DNA of 64,000 nucleotides from Gaiellaceae bacterium (GCA_036526375.1 DATCYP010000095.1:2133-66132), one strand, 5' to 3'; positions 1-10,274 are shown, numbered from the stretch's first letter. Numbers and translations are program-made. The notes: generated by a model from the letters alone, not told the origin.

Positions 1-306
1 GCGCGTCCGGGCCTCCGTGTGCAGGGGATCCGTCGGGTACCGGGTGATCGCGAGGCGTGCGAGCGTGAAGACGAGCAGCAGCGCCGCGACCAGCCCGTGC
101 CGGTGCAGCGCTGCAGCCAGCAGTGCCGCAGCGACGCCGGCGCAGATCGCTTGCGCCCGGTACCAGCGCGCGTACGCGCCGACGCCGTACTCGCTCACCG
201 CGTTCCGCACCGGCGAGTAGCCGGTCGGAGCCAGGTGGAGGTAGGCGAGGCAGGCGACGCAGAGCGCCGTGAAGACGAGGGACGCCGCAGCTGCCGCGGC
301 GGTCAC
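1..306 (-). CDS. hypothetical membrane protein, 3' end outside window (DUF998-like, tentative)
   Basis: Minus frame open to window edge. GTG 306-304 overlaps the TGA of the upstream gene (GTGA). Hydrophobic translation ...VSEYGVGAYARWYRAQAICAGVAAALLAAAL... Confidence 0.5.
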   Translation of the reverse strand, partial: MTAAAAAASLVFTALCVACLAYLHLAPTGYSPVRNAVSEYGVGAYARWYRAQAICAGVAAALLAAALHRHGLVAALLLVFTLARLAITRYPTDPLHTEARTR

Positions 307-593
307 AGCTTCTTGATGATGTTCTCCGCCTCGTCGCGCGTGAACGCGCGCAGCGTCTCGGTCTGCTCGGCGCCGTGGTGGCTGAGCTTCGTCACGATCT
401 CGAGCGCGGTGTCGTCGTCGGGCGCCTCGAACACCTCGACCACGTCGTAGCGACCGAGCGTCACCCAGACGCCGACGAGCTTTCCACCGGCGTCCTCGAT
501 CTCCCGCTCGCCGTCCTCGATCCGGTCGCGCCAGGCGGGGAGCCCCATCCGCCCCTGCGAGGTCCAGCGGATGAGCGAGATGTACTGCGGCAC
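303..593 (-). CDS. GYD domain-containing protein
   Basis: C-terminal 96 aa of ORF 303..1199: VPQYISLIRWTSQG...GKLVGVWVTLGRYDVVEVFEAPDD... matches the GYD family. GTG start at 593 chosen by homology extent. Confidence 0.7.
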   Translation of the reverse strand: MPQYISLIRWTSQGRMGLPAWRDRIEDGEREIEDAGGKLVGVWVTLGRYDVVEVFEAPDDDTALEIVTKLSHHGAEQTETLRAFTRDEAENIIKKL

Positions 594-599
594 GCTGCA

Positions 600-605
600 T
601 ATCTT
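600..605 (+). promoter_or_regulatory. -10-like TANNNT box (TATCTT) for rluB, leaderless-type
   Basis: TATCTT lies 6 nt before ATG 612 with no Shine-Dalgarno. Part of a window-wide pattern. Confidence 0.4.
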
Positions 606-611
606 CTCAAG

Positions 612-1328
612 ATGCGCCTGAACGCGTTCCTCGCCCGGGCGGGAGTCGCCTCGCGCCGGCATGCCGACGAGCTGATCAAGGCAGGTCGCGTCACGGTCAA
701 CGGCGGCCCGGGGCAGCTCAACACGGACGTCGGGCCGCACGACCGGGTCGAGGTCGACGGGAGGAGGGTGGAGCGGCAAAGGCTCCGGTACGTCCTGCTG
801 CACAAGCCGGCGGGCGTCCTCACCACGGCCCGCGACCCTCGAGGCAGGCCCACGGTGGTGGAGCTCGTGCCGGGTGAGCCCCGTGTCGTCCCCGTGGGAA
901 GGCTCGACGCGGACACGACGGGGGCGCTGCTGCTCACGAACGACGGGCAGCTCGCGCACGGGCTCGCCCATCCGCGGTACGGCGTCGAGAAGACGTACGT
1001 CGCCGAGGTGGAGGGCGACCCGGACGAGGACGCGCTGCAGCGGCTCCGCGACGGCATCGAGCTCGACGACGGCCCCACCGCTCCGGCGAAGGCGCGCCGG
1101 CTCGGCCCGCGCAGCGTCGAGCTCGTCCTCCACGAGGGGCGAAAGCATCAGGTGAAGCGGATGCTCGCCGCCGTCGGCCATCCCGTGCAACGGCTGCACC
1201 GCAGCGCGTACGCCGGCCTGACGCTCGACGGGGTGGACCCGGGCGCGTGTCGGGAGCTCGAGCCCGCCGAGGTGGCAAGCCTCAGGGAAGCGTCAGCGCG
1301 AGAACCCGGCCGTGGCCGTGCAGGTTGA
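612..1328 (+). CDS. rluB: RNA pseudouridine synthase, RsuA/RluB family with S4 domain
   Basis: MRLNAFLARAGVASRR (S4 domain), then VGRLDADTTGALLLTNDG and KTYVAEV motifs. Start is the ATG inside ORF 375..1328. Confidence 0.85.
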   Translation: MRLNAFLARAGVASRRHADELIKAGRVTVNGGPGQLNTDVGPHDRVEVDGRRVERQRLRYVLLHKPAGVLTTARDPRGRPTVVELVPGEPRVVPVGRLDADTTGALLLTNDGQLAHGLAHPRYGVEKTYVAEVEGDPDEDALQRLRDGIELDDGPTAPAKARRLGPRSVELVLHEGRKHQVKRMLAAVGHPVQRLHRSAYAGLTLDGVDPGACRELEPAEVASLREASAREPGRGRAG

Positions 1329-2391
1329 CCGCCCACGCCACACGCTTGCCGACGACCGAGAGTCCGATCGGGGACCTGGGCGAAACGCCGAGCACGCGTA
1401 GCGCGCCGGTCGTCAGGTTCATCGCCTCGATCTTGCCGCCGCCGACGGCGTAGACCAGCGTTTGTCCGCTCGCGGAGAGCGTGTCGCCGACCGCGATGCC
1501 GTCCGTCGTTCCGAGCAGGGCTCCCGTGGTCGCGTCGTAGCGCTCGATGTTCCGCGTTCCGTCGGCGAGCTCGTCCACCACGGCCGCCACCGAGCCGGAG
1601 AGCGCCAGGGCGCGCACGGTCCCCGGCGGCGTGAACTGCGCGACGAGGCTCCCCGTCGTCGCGTCGCGGATCTCGACCGGCCTGCCCGCCGGGGCCGGAG
1701 GCGGGAAGTCGGGATTGGAGAGCTGTGTCGCGGCGACCTGCTCGGGCGCGGGCAACAGGGCGATTCGGTTCCCCGAGACGGCGAGCTCCGTCGCCCCCGG
1801 CACGACGACCGGCAATTGCGTGATCCCGGTGGTGCCCGTGACGCGAAACACTCCGTTCGACGGCGAGGGCTGTTCCGCCAGCTCCGAGCAGTCGTTCGGA
1901 TCGACGCATTCGTAGTCGACGTCCGTGTACGCGAGCGTGGAGCCGACTCCCACGATCGGGCCGAAGAAACCGCCTGGCCCGCCATCCCTGAGCGCCGCCG
2001 CGAGGAAGACCATCTTGGGGGCGGGCCGAGCCCCGGCTTTCCGGACCCAGACGCTCGTCTCGAGGAAGTTGCCGCCGCCGTGACGTGTCCAGAGAACTCG
2101 TGCTCCGGCGAGCGCGAGCTGCGAGGGCACGCCGCCGTTCCCCGGGAAGGGATGCGCGGTGCCGACGAGGAGGGTCTTCGGCCGGCGACCTGTGCCGCGC
2201 ACGTCGACGTGCCACTTCGCGCCGATCCACGCGATGCGGCCCGAGCCCTGCGCGAAGGCGCGGATCGGCGTCTTCGTCGTGAGCAGCGTGTGCGGAGCTC
2301 TCGCCTCGCGGGCACCGGCGGCCTGGACGGCGACGGACGCGGCGAGCGCGACCCCGAGAAGGGCAGCAGCCTGGCGAGACCGCAGGTGCAT
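1282..2391 (-). CDS. secreted hypothetical protein (beta-propeller-like repeats, tentative)
   Basis: Internal ATG 2391 gives the signal peptide MHLRSRQAAALLGVALAASVAVQAAGA. Strong GC3. No family recognised. Confidence 0.6.
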   Translation of the reverse strand: MHLRSRQAAALLGVALAASVAVQAAGAREARAPHTLLTTKTPIRAFAQGSGRIAWIGAKWHVDVRGTGRRPKTLLVGTAHPFPGNGGVPSQLALAGARVLWTRHGGGNFLETSVWVRKAGARPAPKMVFLAAALRDGGPGGFFGPIVGVGSTLAYTDVDYECVDPNDCSELAEQPSPSNGVFRVTGTTGITQLPVVVPGATELAVSGNRIALLPAPEQVAATQLSNPDFPPPAPAGRPVEIRDATTGSLVAQFTPPGTVRALALSGSVAAVVDELADGTRNIERYDATTGALLGTTDGIAVGDTLSASGQTLVYAVGGGKIEAMNLTTGALRVLGVSPRSPIGLSVVGKRVAWAVNLHGHGRVLALTLP

Positions 2392-2397
2392 GCTCCG

Positions 2398-2403
2398 ACG
2401 GTA
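2398..2403 (-). promoter_or_regulatory. -10-like TANNNT box (TACCGT) for secreted protein gene
   Basis: Minus-strand TACCGT lies 6 nt before ATG 2391. Confidence 0.4.
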
Positions 2404-2446
2404 ATCGCGGTGGACAGAAGGAGCAATAGGCGTAACAGAACCGTGA

Positions 2447-3178
2447 CAACTGCCGTTCCGGCCGGCGGCCTCCCCGGGCTCGGGCACGGCGGACACGCGG
2501 AGCAACGTCGACGGCTGCCCGTCGGCAACCGCGGCGACCGCCGCCTCGGCGTGCAGCTTCGTCAACAACGGCTTCGCATGGGACCACGGGTACTACGCCC
2601 CCGAGATCGACAACACGTGGCTCGGGCTCGTGGGCCCCGGCGTCGCGCACAAGGGGGTCGACGGCCGCAGCGCCACAGACGGGCCGAACTCGTCCGACGG
2701 CGCGAACTCCGATCCCAAGCTGGTGACCCAGCTCGACGACCCCGGGACGTGGGCCGACGAGACGGACATGCGTCCGACGCTGCTCTCGCTCGTCGGGCTC
2801 AAGGACGACTACGTCGAGGACGGCCGCGTCCTCGTCGAGGACCTCACCAACCCGCCGGACAAGAGCGGTCAGCCGAAGTTCGAGCGGCTGGCCACCTGCT
2901 ACAAGCAGCTCAACGCCAGCGTCGGCGTGTTCGGTACGGATCTGATCCTCGCCGACACGGCCGCGCTGAAGACCGGCTCGAGCAGCGACGACTCGACGTA
3001 CGACTCGGCGCTCGACCGGATCAGGTCGCTGGGCGCGGACCGTGACGCCCTGGCGACGAAGATCAAGGGCGACCTGTTCGCCGCCGAGTTCGACAACCAC
3101 CCGATCCCCGGCGCCAACGATCTCGAGAACTGCGAGAGCATCCTGGCGCGGGCGAACGCGCTGGCCGGACAGGGCTAG
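2447..3178 (+). pseudogene. 5'-truncated remnant of an alkaline-phosphatase-superfamily (nucleotide pyrophosphatase/phosphodiesterase-like) gene
   Basis: Frame is open from 2447 but has no ATG/GTG before 2630. The translation ...FVNNGFAWDHGYYAPEIDNTWLGLVGPGV...DMRPTLLSLVGL... looks like the C-terminal third only. The upstream neighbour is on the opposite strand. Confidence 0.5.
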
Positions 3179-3184
3179 CCGGCT

Positions 3185-4246
3185 TTAGAGGCCACGCGGG
3201 CGGGCCGCCCCGAACAGGCGGCCCGCCTCGGCCTTCACGAAGCCCATGTGCTCGTACATCGCCTCGAGCGTCGGCTCGCTCGCCCGGCGCGCCTTCTCGG
3301 CGCCGACCGCGAGCAGCCGCTGCAGCTCCCGCTCGTCGGCGCGCAGCTCACGGTAGCGCTCCTGGATCGGAGCGAGGAGCGCGACGACGGACTCGCCGAC
3401 GGCCTCCTTGAAGTCGCCGTAGCCGGAGCCGTCGAAGCGGCGCTCGAGCTCGGCGACCGGCTCGCCCGTCGCGACGGACATGATCTCGAGCAGGTTCGAG
3501 ATGCCCGCCTTCGCCTCGGGGTCGTGCCGGATCTCCTTCTCCGAGTCGGTGACCGCCGTCTTGAACTTCTTGCGGATCACGTCCGGCTCGTCGACCATCC
3601 GCACGACGCCCTGGGGCGCGCCCCGCGTCGTGGACATGAGCCGCTCCGGCTCCTGGAGGTTCTTGATCCGCGCGCCCTCCGCCGGATAGACGCCGCGCGG
3701 GATCGTGAACGTCTCGCCGTAGCGCTGGTTGAAGCGCTCCGCCACGTCACGGGTCAGCTCGAGATGCTGGCGCTGGTCGTCGCCGATCGGGACGATCTCC
3801 GTCTGGTAGAGCAGGATGTCGCCGGCCATCAGCACCGGATACGTGAAGAGCCCGGCCGAGACGAAGTCCTGTCCCTCGGACTTCTCCTTGAACTGCGTCA
3901 TCCGCCGCAGCTCGCCGAAGCTCGTCGCGGCGCTCAGCAGCCAGGCCGCCTCGGCATGGGCGACGACGTGACTCTGCGCGAAGACCGTCGAGCGCTCCGG
4001 GTCGAGTCCGGTCGCGAAGAGCATCGCCGCGCCTGCCAGCGTGTACTCGCGCAGCTCCGCCGGCTCGATCGGCGTCGTGATCGAGTGGAGGTCGACGATG
4101 CAGAAGAACGCCTCGCCCTCCTCTTGGGTCGCGACGTACTGGCGGTAGCCACCCGAGTAGTTGCCGAGCGTCTTGTCGCCCGTGGCTCGGATGCCGGAGA
4201 AGACGCGCGGCTTGGCGGGCTCGGGTGCGGGCTGGGCGTCGGCCAT
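3185..4246 (-). CDS. trpS: tryptophan--tRNA ligase
   Basis: 353 aa collinear with bacterial TrpRS (SGIRATGDKTLGNY, GELRRMTQFKEKS, VPIGDDQRQHLELTRD). The KMSKS position reads LMSTT. Confidence 0.9.
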   Translation of the reverse strand: MADAQPAPEPAKPRVFSGIRATGDKTLGNYSGGYRQYVATQEEGEAFFCIVDLHSITTPIEPAELREYTLAGAAMLFATGLDPERSTVFAQSHVVAHAEAAWLLSAATSFGELRRMTQFKEKSEGQDFVSAGLFTYPVLMAGDILLYQTEIVPIGDDQRQHLELTRDVAERFNQRYGETFTIPRGVYPAEGARIKNLQEPERLMSTTRGAPQGVVRMVDEPDVIRKKFKTAVTDSEKEIRHDPEAKAGISNLLEIMSVATGEPVAELERRFDGSGYGDFKEAVGESVVALLAPIQERYRELRADERELQRLLAVGAEKARRASEPTLEAMYEHMGFVKAEAGRLFGAARPRGL

Positions 4247-4272
4247 GGAGGCTGATTGTGCCTAACCGCCTC

Positions 4273-4278
4273 TAAGCT
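4273..4278 (+). promoter_or_regulatory. -10-like TANNNT box (TAAGCT) for aroF
   Basis: TAAGCT lies 6 nt before ATG 4285, inside the 38-bp trpS/aroF divergent spacer. Confidence 0.4.
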
Positions 4279-4284
4279 GTTCCG

Positions 4285-5325
4285 ATGGCTGTCACCGGCG
4301 CACCCGAGCTGCTGATCGTGATGGGCGCGAGCGCGACCCAGGAGCAGGTGGACGAGGTCGTTGCGCGGCTCGACGAGGCCGGCTGCTCGGCCCTCGTCAC
4401 GCCCGGACGGGAAGCGACCGTGATCGGCGCGATCGGCGAGCGGGAGCTGCTCGCGACGCTGCCGCTCGAGGGCTTCGCCGGCGTCGAGCAGGTTCTGCCG
4501 ATCCTCAAGCCGTACAAGCTCGTCTCGCGCGAGCTGTCCCCCGATCCCACCGTGATCGAGGCGCGCGGCCGGCGTATCGGTGACGGCTACTTCGGCTTCA
4601 TCGCCGGCCCCTGCACGGTCGAGACGCGCGAGCAGACGCTCGAGACGGCGCGCGCCGTCGCCGCCGAGGGCGTGACGATGCTGCGCGGCGGCGCCTTCAA
4701 GCCGCGCACCTCGCCGTACGCGTTCCAGGGCCTGGGGGAGGAGGCGCTCGAGATCCTCAAGGAGGCGCGCGAGGAGACCGGGCTGCCGCTCGTCACCGAG
4801 CTCATGGACCCGCGGCACGTCGAGGCGGTCGTCGAGGCGGCCGACGTGATCCAGATCGGCGCCCGCAACATGTCGAACTTCTCGCTCCTCTCCGAGGTCG
4901 GCCGCACCCCGAAGCCGGTCCTGCTCAAGCGCGGGCTCTCGTCGACGGTCGAGGACCTGCTGATGGCCGCCGAGTACATCGTCAAGGAGGGGAACTCCGA
5001 GGTGATCCTCTGCGAGCGCGGGATCAAGACGTTCGAGACGGCGACACGGTTCACGCTCGACATCGGCGCGATCCCCGTGCTGAAGCAGGAGACGCACCTG
5101 CCGGTGATCGTCGACCCGTCCCATCCGGCCGGCCGGCGCGACCTCGTCCTGCCGCTGGCGCGGGCGGCCGTCGCGGCCGGCGCCGACGGGATCATCGTCG
5201 AGGTGCACCCGCGGCCGGAGGAGGCGCTGTGCGATGCCGCGCAGCAGATCCCGACCTCCGAGTTCCGCGACTTCTCCGACGAGATCCGCGCGCTCGCGTC
5301 CCTCATGGGACGCACCGTCGGGTAG
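4285..5325 (+). CDS. aroF: 3-deoxy-7-phosphoheptulonate (DAHP) synthase, type I-beta with N-terminal regulatory domain
   Basis: 346 aa. IAGPCTVE, RGGAFKPRTSPYAFQG, KRG and DPSH motifs typical of the KDO8P/DAHP I-beta family. Confidence 0.9.
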   Translation: MAVTGAPELLIVMGASATQEQVDEVVARLDEAGCSALVTPGREATVIGAIGERELLATLPLEGFAGVEQVLPILKPYKLVSRELSPDPTVIEARGRRIGDGYFGFIAGPCTVETREQTLETARAVAAEGVTMLRGGAFKPRTSPYAFQGLGEEALEILKEAREETGLPLVTELMDPRHVEAVVEAADVIQIGARNMSNFSLLSEVGRTPKPVLLKRGLSSTVEDLLMAAEYIVKEGNSEVILCERGIKTFETATRFTLDIGAIPVLKQETHLPVIVDPSHPAGRRDLVLPLARAAVAAGADGIIVEVHPRPEEALCDAAQQIPTSEFRDFSDEIRALASLMGRTVG

Positions 5326-5328
5326 CAC

Positions 5329-6606
5329 ATGCGCGTCGAGCCCGCGGCGTCGCTCGTCGGGCACCTCGTCGTGCCCGGGGACAAGTCCATCTCGCACCGC
5401 GCCGTCCTGGTCGGCGCCCTCGGCGAGGACGAGACGCGCGTGCGCGGCTTCGGGCGCTCGGGCGACACGCAGGCGACGGTCGACGCGATGCGCGCTCTGG
5501 GGGCCGAGGTCGAGGACGTCGCCGACGACGAGCTCGTCGTGCGGGGCGTCGGGCTGCGCGGCCTGCGGGCGGGCAGCGTCGACTGCCGCAACGCCGGCAC
5601 GCTCATGCGTCTTCTCACCGGGATCCTTGCGGGTCAGGAGGGAGAGTTCACGCTGACCGGGGACGAGTCGCTGAGCCCGCGGCCGATGGAGCGGGTCGCG
5701 GCGCCGCTGCGGCGGATGGGAGCCGACGTCGAGACGACCGACGGGCATGCGCCGCTCGTCGTCCGAGGCTCGGACGCCCTGCGCGGGATCGAGATCGAGC
5801 CGGAGGTGGCGAGCGCGCAGGTCAAGTCCGCGATCCTCCTCGCGGGTCTCAACGCGCAGGGGCCGACGACGGTCGTCGAGCGCATCCAGACGCGCGACCA
5901 CACGGAGCGCATGCTCGAGGCTGCGGGCGCGGTCGTCCGGCGCCGCGGGGCTTCGGTGACCCTTGAGCCCGCCGGAGCGCTGCAGCTCGAGGAGGTGGTC
6001 GTGCCCGGAGACCTCTCGTCCGCGGCGCCGCTGCTCGTCGCAGCGGCGCTCGTGCCGGGGAGCGATCTCACGATCCACGACCTCGGAGTCAACCCGCGCC
6101 GCACCGGACTCCTGGACGTGCTCGAGCGCATGGGCGCCCGCGTCTCGGTGTTCGACCGGCGCCGCGCGGGCGGCGAGCCCGTCGCGTCGGTGCAGGTGCA
6201 GCCGGGAGAGCTCGTCGCGACGGAGATCGGCGCGGACGAGGTTCCGGGCCTCGTCGACGAGCTGCCCCTCGTCGCGCTCCTCGCCTCCCACGCGCGCGGC
6301 GAGACGCGCGTCTCCGGTGCGGGCGAGCTGCGCGTGAAGGAGACCGACCGCATCGAGGCGGTGACCGACGGCCTGCGCCCGCTCGGCGCCCGGATCCATT
6401 CGCGGCCCGACGGCTGGACGGTCACCGGCGTCCCGGCTCGCCTCCGCGGCGGCCGCGTCGACGCGCGAGGCGACCACCGCATCGCCATGCTCGGCGCCGT
6501 CGCGGGCCTCGCCTCGCGCGAGGGCGTCGCGATCGAGGGCGCCGACACGGCCGCTATAAGCTTCCCCGGCTTCTACGAGCTCCTGGATTCGGTGACGAGG
6601 CGGTGA
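5329..6606 (+). CDS. aroA: 3-phosphoshikimate 1-carboxyvinyltransferase (EPSP synthase)
   Basis: 425 aa. VPGDKSISHRAVL, CRNAGTLMRLL and VKETDRI motifs. Confidence 0.95.
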   Translation: MRVEPAASLVGHLVVPGDKSISHRAVLVGALGEDETRVRGFGRSGDTQATVDAMRALGAEVEDVADDELVVRGVGLRGLRAGSVDCRNAGTLMRLLTGILAGQEGEFTLTGDESLSPRPMERVAAPLRRMGADVETTDGHAPLVVRGSDALRGIEIEPEVASAQVKSAILLAGLNAQGPTTVVERIQTRDHTERMLEAAGAVVRRRGASVTLEPAGALQLEEVVVPGDLSSAAPLLVAAALVPGSDLTIHDLGVNPRRTGLLDVLERMGARVSVFDRRRAGGEPVASVQVQPGELVATEIGADEVPGLVDELPLVALLASHARGETRVSGAGELRVKETDRIEAVTDGLRPLGARIHSRPDGWTVTGVPARLRGGRVDARGDHRIAMLGAVAGLASREGVAIEGADTAAISFPGFYELLDSVTRR

Positions 6607-6616
6607 AGCGGCAGCG

Positions 6617-7252
6617 ATGATCGTGGCGATCGACGGGCCCGCCGGCGCGGGGAAGAGCACGGTGGCGCGCGCGCTCGCCGAGCGCCTCGGCTTCCGCTAC
6701 CTCGACACCGGCGCGATGTATCGCGCGCTTACGTGGCTGGCCATGCAGCGGAGACTCGACCTCGGCGACGCGCAGGGGCTGGCGCAGCTCGCGCGCGAGC
6801 AGCCGGTGCTCTTCTCCGACGACGACCGCGTCTGGATCGCGGGCACCGACGTCACGTCCTCGATCCGCGAGACCCGCGTCGACCGGATGGTGCCGGTCGT
6901 GGCGCGCCACCATCCCGTTCGCGAGGTGATGCGCGAGCGGCAGCGCGAGCTCGGGCGCGACGGCGACGTCGTGATCGAGGGACGCGACATCGGCACCGTC
7001 GTCGCTCCCGACGCCGAGGTGAAGGTGTTCCTCGTCGCCGACCGCGACGAGCGGGCGAAGCGGCGCGTCGCCGAGCGGCCCGGTATCGGCGCCGACGCGC
7101 TCGCCACCGACCTCCGCCTCCGCGACGAGAGCGACGCGGCGCGGATGCAGCCGGCCCCCGACGCGATCGAGATCGACACCACGAGCCTCGAGGTCGAGGA
7201 CGTCGTCGACCGGATCGAGGCGCTCGTCGACGAGCGCTCGGCTGCGGCGTGA
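6617..7252 (+). CDS. cmk: cytidylate kinase
   Basis: [21 protein letters not shown]...LDTGAMYRA; 211 aa. Confidence 0.95.
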   Translation: MIVAIDGPAGAGKSTVARALAERLGFRYLDTGAMYRALTWLAMQRRLDLGDAQGLAQLAREQPVLFSDDDRVWIAGTDVTSSIRETRVDRMVPVVARHHPVREVMRERQRELGRDGDVVIEGRDIGTVVAPDAEVKVFLVADRDERAKRRVAERPGIGADALATDLRLRDESDAARMQPAPDAIEIDTTSLEVEDVVDRIEALVDERSAAA

Positions 7253-7932
7253 AGTCGGAGGACGTCGTCTGGACCTTCGGTCGGCCGGTGCTCGGCTTCC
7301 CGACCGCGGTCATGACCCGGCTCCGCTCGTACGGCACCGACCGGGTCCCGCGCACCGGCGGCGTCGTCCTCGCGTTCAACCACTTCAGTTGGATCGACAT
7401 CCCGTGCGTCGGGTACGTCGCGGGGCGCCACCTCAACTTCCTCGCCAAGGTCGAGGCGCACGGCGTTCCAGGCCTCGGGCAGCTCATTCGCGGCTTCGGC
7501 ACGCTCTCGGTGCGCCGCGGCGAATCCGACCGCGACGCGGTGCGCAGGATGCGCGAGGTCGTCCGAGACGGCGGGGCCCTCGGCGTCTTCGTCGAGGGGA
7601 CGCGCCAGCGGAGCGGCGTCCCCGGCCACGTGCAGCCGGGTGCGGCGATGGTCGCGCTGCAGGAGGACGTGCCGGTGATCTGCGCCGCCATCCACGGCTC
7701 GCAGGACTGGCGGCTGGGCAACTTCGCGCCCGTCTCGATCGCGTGGGGCGAGCCGATGCGCTTCGAGGGGCTGCCACGCGGGGCCAAGGGCTACCGCGAG
7801 GCGTCGGCGCAGATCGAGGCCGAGCTCTACCGCCTCTGGAGCTGGCTGCGCGATCTGCACGAGGCGGGAAGGCCGCGCGTCGCGGTCCCGCCGGCGCGGG
7901 ACGACGCCGCACCGGTCACGCTTCCGGCGTGA
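7249..7932 (+). CDS. plsC: 1-acyl-sn-glycerol-3-phosphate acyltransferase family protein
   Basis: NHFSWIDI (HX4D) and VFVEGTR motifs. GTG 7249 overlaps the cmk TGA (GTGA). Confidence 0.8.
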   Translation: MKSEDVVWTFGRPVLGFPTAVMTRLRSYGTDRVPRTGGVVLAFNHFSWIDIPCVGYVAGRHLNFLAKVEAHGVPGLGQLIRGFGTLSVRRGESDRDAVRRMREVVRDGGALGVFVEGTRQRSGVPGHVQPGAAMVALQEDVPVICAAIHGSQDWRLGNFAPVSIAWGEPMRFEGLPRGAKGYREASAQIEAELYRLWSWLRDLHEAGRPRVAVPPARDDAAPVTLPA

Positions 7933-9293
7933 CCGATCTCGAGGACATCGACTCCGGCGAGCTCCCCGCGCCGCCGCCTCCGCCGCTGCTGGGCGCGGTC
8001 GCGATCATCGGCTTCCCGAACGTCGGCAAGTCGACGCTCGTCAACCGGCTGACCGAGACGCGCGCGGCCGTCGTCCACGAGACCCCGGGCGTGACGCGCG
8101 ACCGGAAGGAGCTCGTCTGCGAGTGGACGGGGAAGCGCTTCGTCCTCGTCGACACCGGCGGCGTCGACATCGCCGACCCTGCGCCGCTGACGCGGGCGAT
8201 CGCACAGCAGGCGCGGGAGGCGGTCGGGGAGGCGGATCTCGTCCTCTTCGTCGTCGACGCGCGCGCCGGGGTGACGCCCGGGGACGAGGAGATCGCCCAG
8301 ATCCTGCGGGAGGCGCGCAAGCCGGTGCTCGTGCTCGCGAACAAGATCGACGACCCGAGCCAGGAGCCGTTCGCCCTCGAATTGCACCGCCTCGGGCTCG
8401 GCGACCCGATCCCGATCTCGGGACTGCACGGGACGGGCAGCGGCGACCTGCTCGACCGCATCGTCGAGGAGCTCGAGCGGCTGGCGCCGGCCGGGCGGCC
8501 CTCGCTTCCCGACGACGCGATCCGTGTCGCGATCCTCGGCCGGCCCAACGTCGGCAAGTCGAGCCTCGTCAACGCGCTGCTCGGGCGCGAGCGGCTGATC
8601 GTGAGCGAGATCCCGGGCACGACGCGGGATGCCGTCGACACCGTCCTCGAGCGCGGCGAGCGCACCTTCGTCCTCATCGACACCGCCGGCCTCCGGCGCA
8701 AGCGGCGGCACCGGCAGGGCGTCGAGTACTACTCCGAGCTCCGCGCGCTCGAGGCGGCCGAGCGGGCCGACGTCGCGCTCGTCCTGATCGACTCCTCGGA
8801 GGGGATCGTGGAGCAGGACATCGCCGTCGCGGACGTCTCCCGGCACGCCGACTGCTCGACGCTCGTCGTTCTCTCGAAGTGGGACGCGACAACGATCCGC
8901 GTCGAGGACGTCCGCGGCGAGCTGCGCCGGCGGCTCCGCCAGCGGCCGCCCTTCGTCGCCGTCTCCTCGCACACGGGACGCGGGCTCGAGCGGCTGCTCG
9001 ACGGCGTCGCCGAGCTGTTCGACCGGCACACGGCCCGGGTCCCGACGGCGGAGCTGAATCGCGCGTTCGCGGAGCTGCGCGAGGCGCGGCAGCCGCCGAG
9101 CGGCCCGCGAGGCCGCAGGCTCAACCTCCTTTACGGCGCGCAGATCCGGGTTCGGCCGCCCCGCTTTCGCGTCTTCGTCAACGACCCCGGGCTCGTCACG
9201 CGCGACTACGGCTATTGGGTCGAGAACCGGCTGCGGGAGCGTTTCGGCCTCGACGGCGTCCCGGTCTCGATCGACTTCGTGAAACGATCCTGA
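7929..9293 (+). CDS. der: ribosome biogenesis GTPase Der (EngA)
   Basis: Two GTPase domains ([18 protein letters not shown]) plus a KH-like C-terminus. GTG 7929 overlaps the plsC TGA. Confidence 0.9.
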   Translation: MTDLEDIDSGELPAPPPPPLLGAVAIIGFPNVGKSTLVNRLTETRAAVVHETPGVTRDRKELVCEWTGKRFVLVDTGGVDIADPAPLTRAIAQQAREAVGEADLVLFVVDARAGVTPGDEEIAQILREARKPVLVLANKIDDPSQEPFALELHRLGLGDPIPISGLHGTGSGDLLDRIVEELERLAPAGRPSLPDDAIRVAILGRPNVGKSSLVNALLGRERLIVSEIPGTTRDAVDTVLERGERTFVLIDTAGLRRKRRHRQGVEYYSELRALEAAERADVALVLIDSSEGIVEQDIAVADVSRHADCSTLVVLSKWDATTIRVEDVRGELRRRLRQRPPFVAVSSHTGRGLERLLDGVAELFDRHTARVPTAELNRAFAELREARQPPSGPRGRRLNLLYGAQIRVRPPRFRVFVNDPGLVTRDYGYWVENRLRERFGLDGVPVSIDFVKRS

Positions 9294-9295
9294 CG

Positions 9296-10249
9296 ATGCG
9301 CTTCCTGGTGGTCGGTGCGGGCTCGTGGGGGACGGCGTTCACGGGCGTGCTGCTCGAGCGGGGCCACGACGTCGTGCTCGCGTGCCGCTCGCGGGAGCAG
9401 GCCGAGGCGATCGCGAGCACCGGCTGGAACCCTCGCTACCTGCAGGGCGTGAACCTCGGCGCGGCCGAAGCGGTGGCGCTCGCGGACGCCCCGGGCGACG
9501 TCGACGTGGTGGTCGCAGCCGTGCCGAGCCAGGCCTTTGCCGAGGTCGTCGAGGCGCTGAGGGGCGACGCGCCGGTCCTCAGCCTCGCGAAGGGACTCGA
9601 CCCCGAGACCGGCGAGCGTCTGTCCACGCGCGTCAGGGGCCGGTCGGTGGCGGTGCTCTCGGGCCCGAACATGGCGGAGGAGATCGCCGAGGGCCTGCCG
9701 ACGGCGGCGGTGATCGCGAGCGAGGACGGCTTCCTCGCGGGCCAGCTCCAGCACGCGCTGAACTCGAGCCTCTTCCGCGCCTACGTCAATCCGGACCTCG
9801 TCGGCGTCGAGCTGTGCGCGGCGGCGAAGAACGTGATCGCGCTCGCGGCCGGCGGCGTCGACGGGCTGGGCCTCGGCGACAACGCGAAGGCCTCCCTCAT
9901 CGCGCGCGGCCTCGCGGAGATGGCGCGGCTCGGGGAGGCGGCGGGCGCGCGCCCGGAGACGTTCGCGGGCCTCGCCGGGATCGGCGACCTGGTGGTGACG
10001 TGCTGGAGCCGCCACGGCCGCAACCGCCACGCGGGCGAGCTGATCGCGCAGGGGCTGACGCCCGACCGGGCCGTCGCGGAGATCGGCCAGACGGTGGAGG
10101 GCCTCACGACGGCCCCGATCCTGCGCGACCTCTCGCACAGGCTCGGCGTCGAGCTGCCGATCACGGAAGGCGTCTGCGCCGTCCTCTCCGGCCAGAGCCT
10201 CACCGACCTGGCCGCCGGGCTGATGGGCCGGGAACCGACGGAGGAGTGA
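9296..10249 (+). CDS. gpsA: NAD(P)H-dependent glycerol-3-phosphate dehydrogenase
   Basis: [14 protein letters not shown]..., [20 protein letters not shown] motifs. Confidence 0.9.
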   Translation: MRFLVVGAGSWGTAFTGVLLERGHDVVLACRSREQAEAIASTGWNPRYLQGVNLGAAEAVALADAPGDVDVVVAAVPSQAFAEVVEALRGDAPVLSLAKGLDPETGERLSTRVRGRSVAVLSGPNMAEEIAEGLPTAAVIASEDGFLAGQLQHALNSSLFRAYVNPDLVGVELCAAAKNVIALAAGGVDGLGLGDNAKASLIARGLAEMARLGEAAGARPETFAGLAGIGDLVVTCWSRHGRNRHAGELIAQGLTPDRAVAEIGQTVEGLTTAPILRDLSHRLGVELPITEGVCAVLSGQSLTDLAAGLMGREPTEE

Positions 10250-10261
10250 GGCCGCGTTGGC

Positions 10262-10267
10262 TAGCCT
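10262..10267 (+). promoter_or_regulatory. -10-like TANNNT box (TAGCCT) for metK
   Basis: TAGCCT lies 7 nt before ATG 10275. Confidence 0.4.
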
Positions 10268-10274
10268 GCCGGTC

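Noticed and set aside
3934-6660. Very long ORFs antisense to or overlapping real genes (for example 3934..6660-, 15257..19327+, 31946..34150-, 43191..45425-, 46062..49064-, 8123..10249+ upstream part)
   Set aside because: Their translations are Arg/Ala/Gly/Pro-rich low-complexity strings with no recognisable motifs, and they lie opposite or out of frame to well-conserved genes. This is the usual stop-codon-poor shadow-ORF effect in very GC-rich DNA.
10250-10274. SAM riboswitch before metK and T-box leader before trpS (4247-4284)
   Set aside because: The leaders are only 25 and 38 nt long, far too short for either element.
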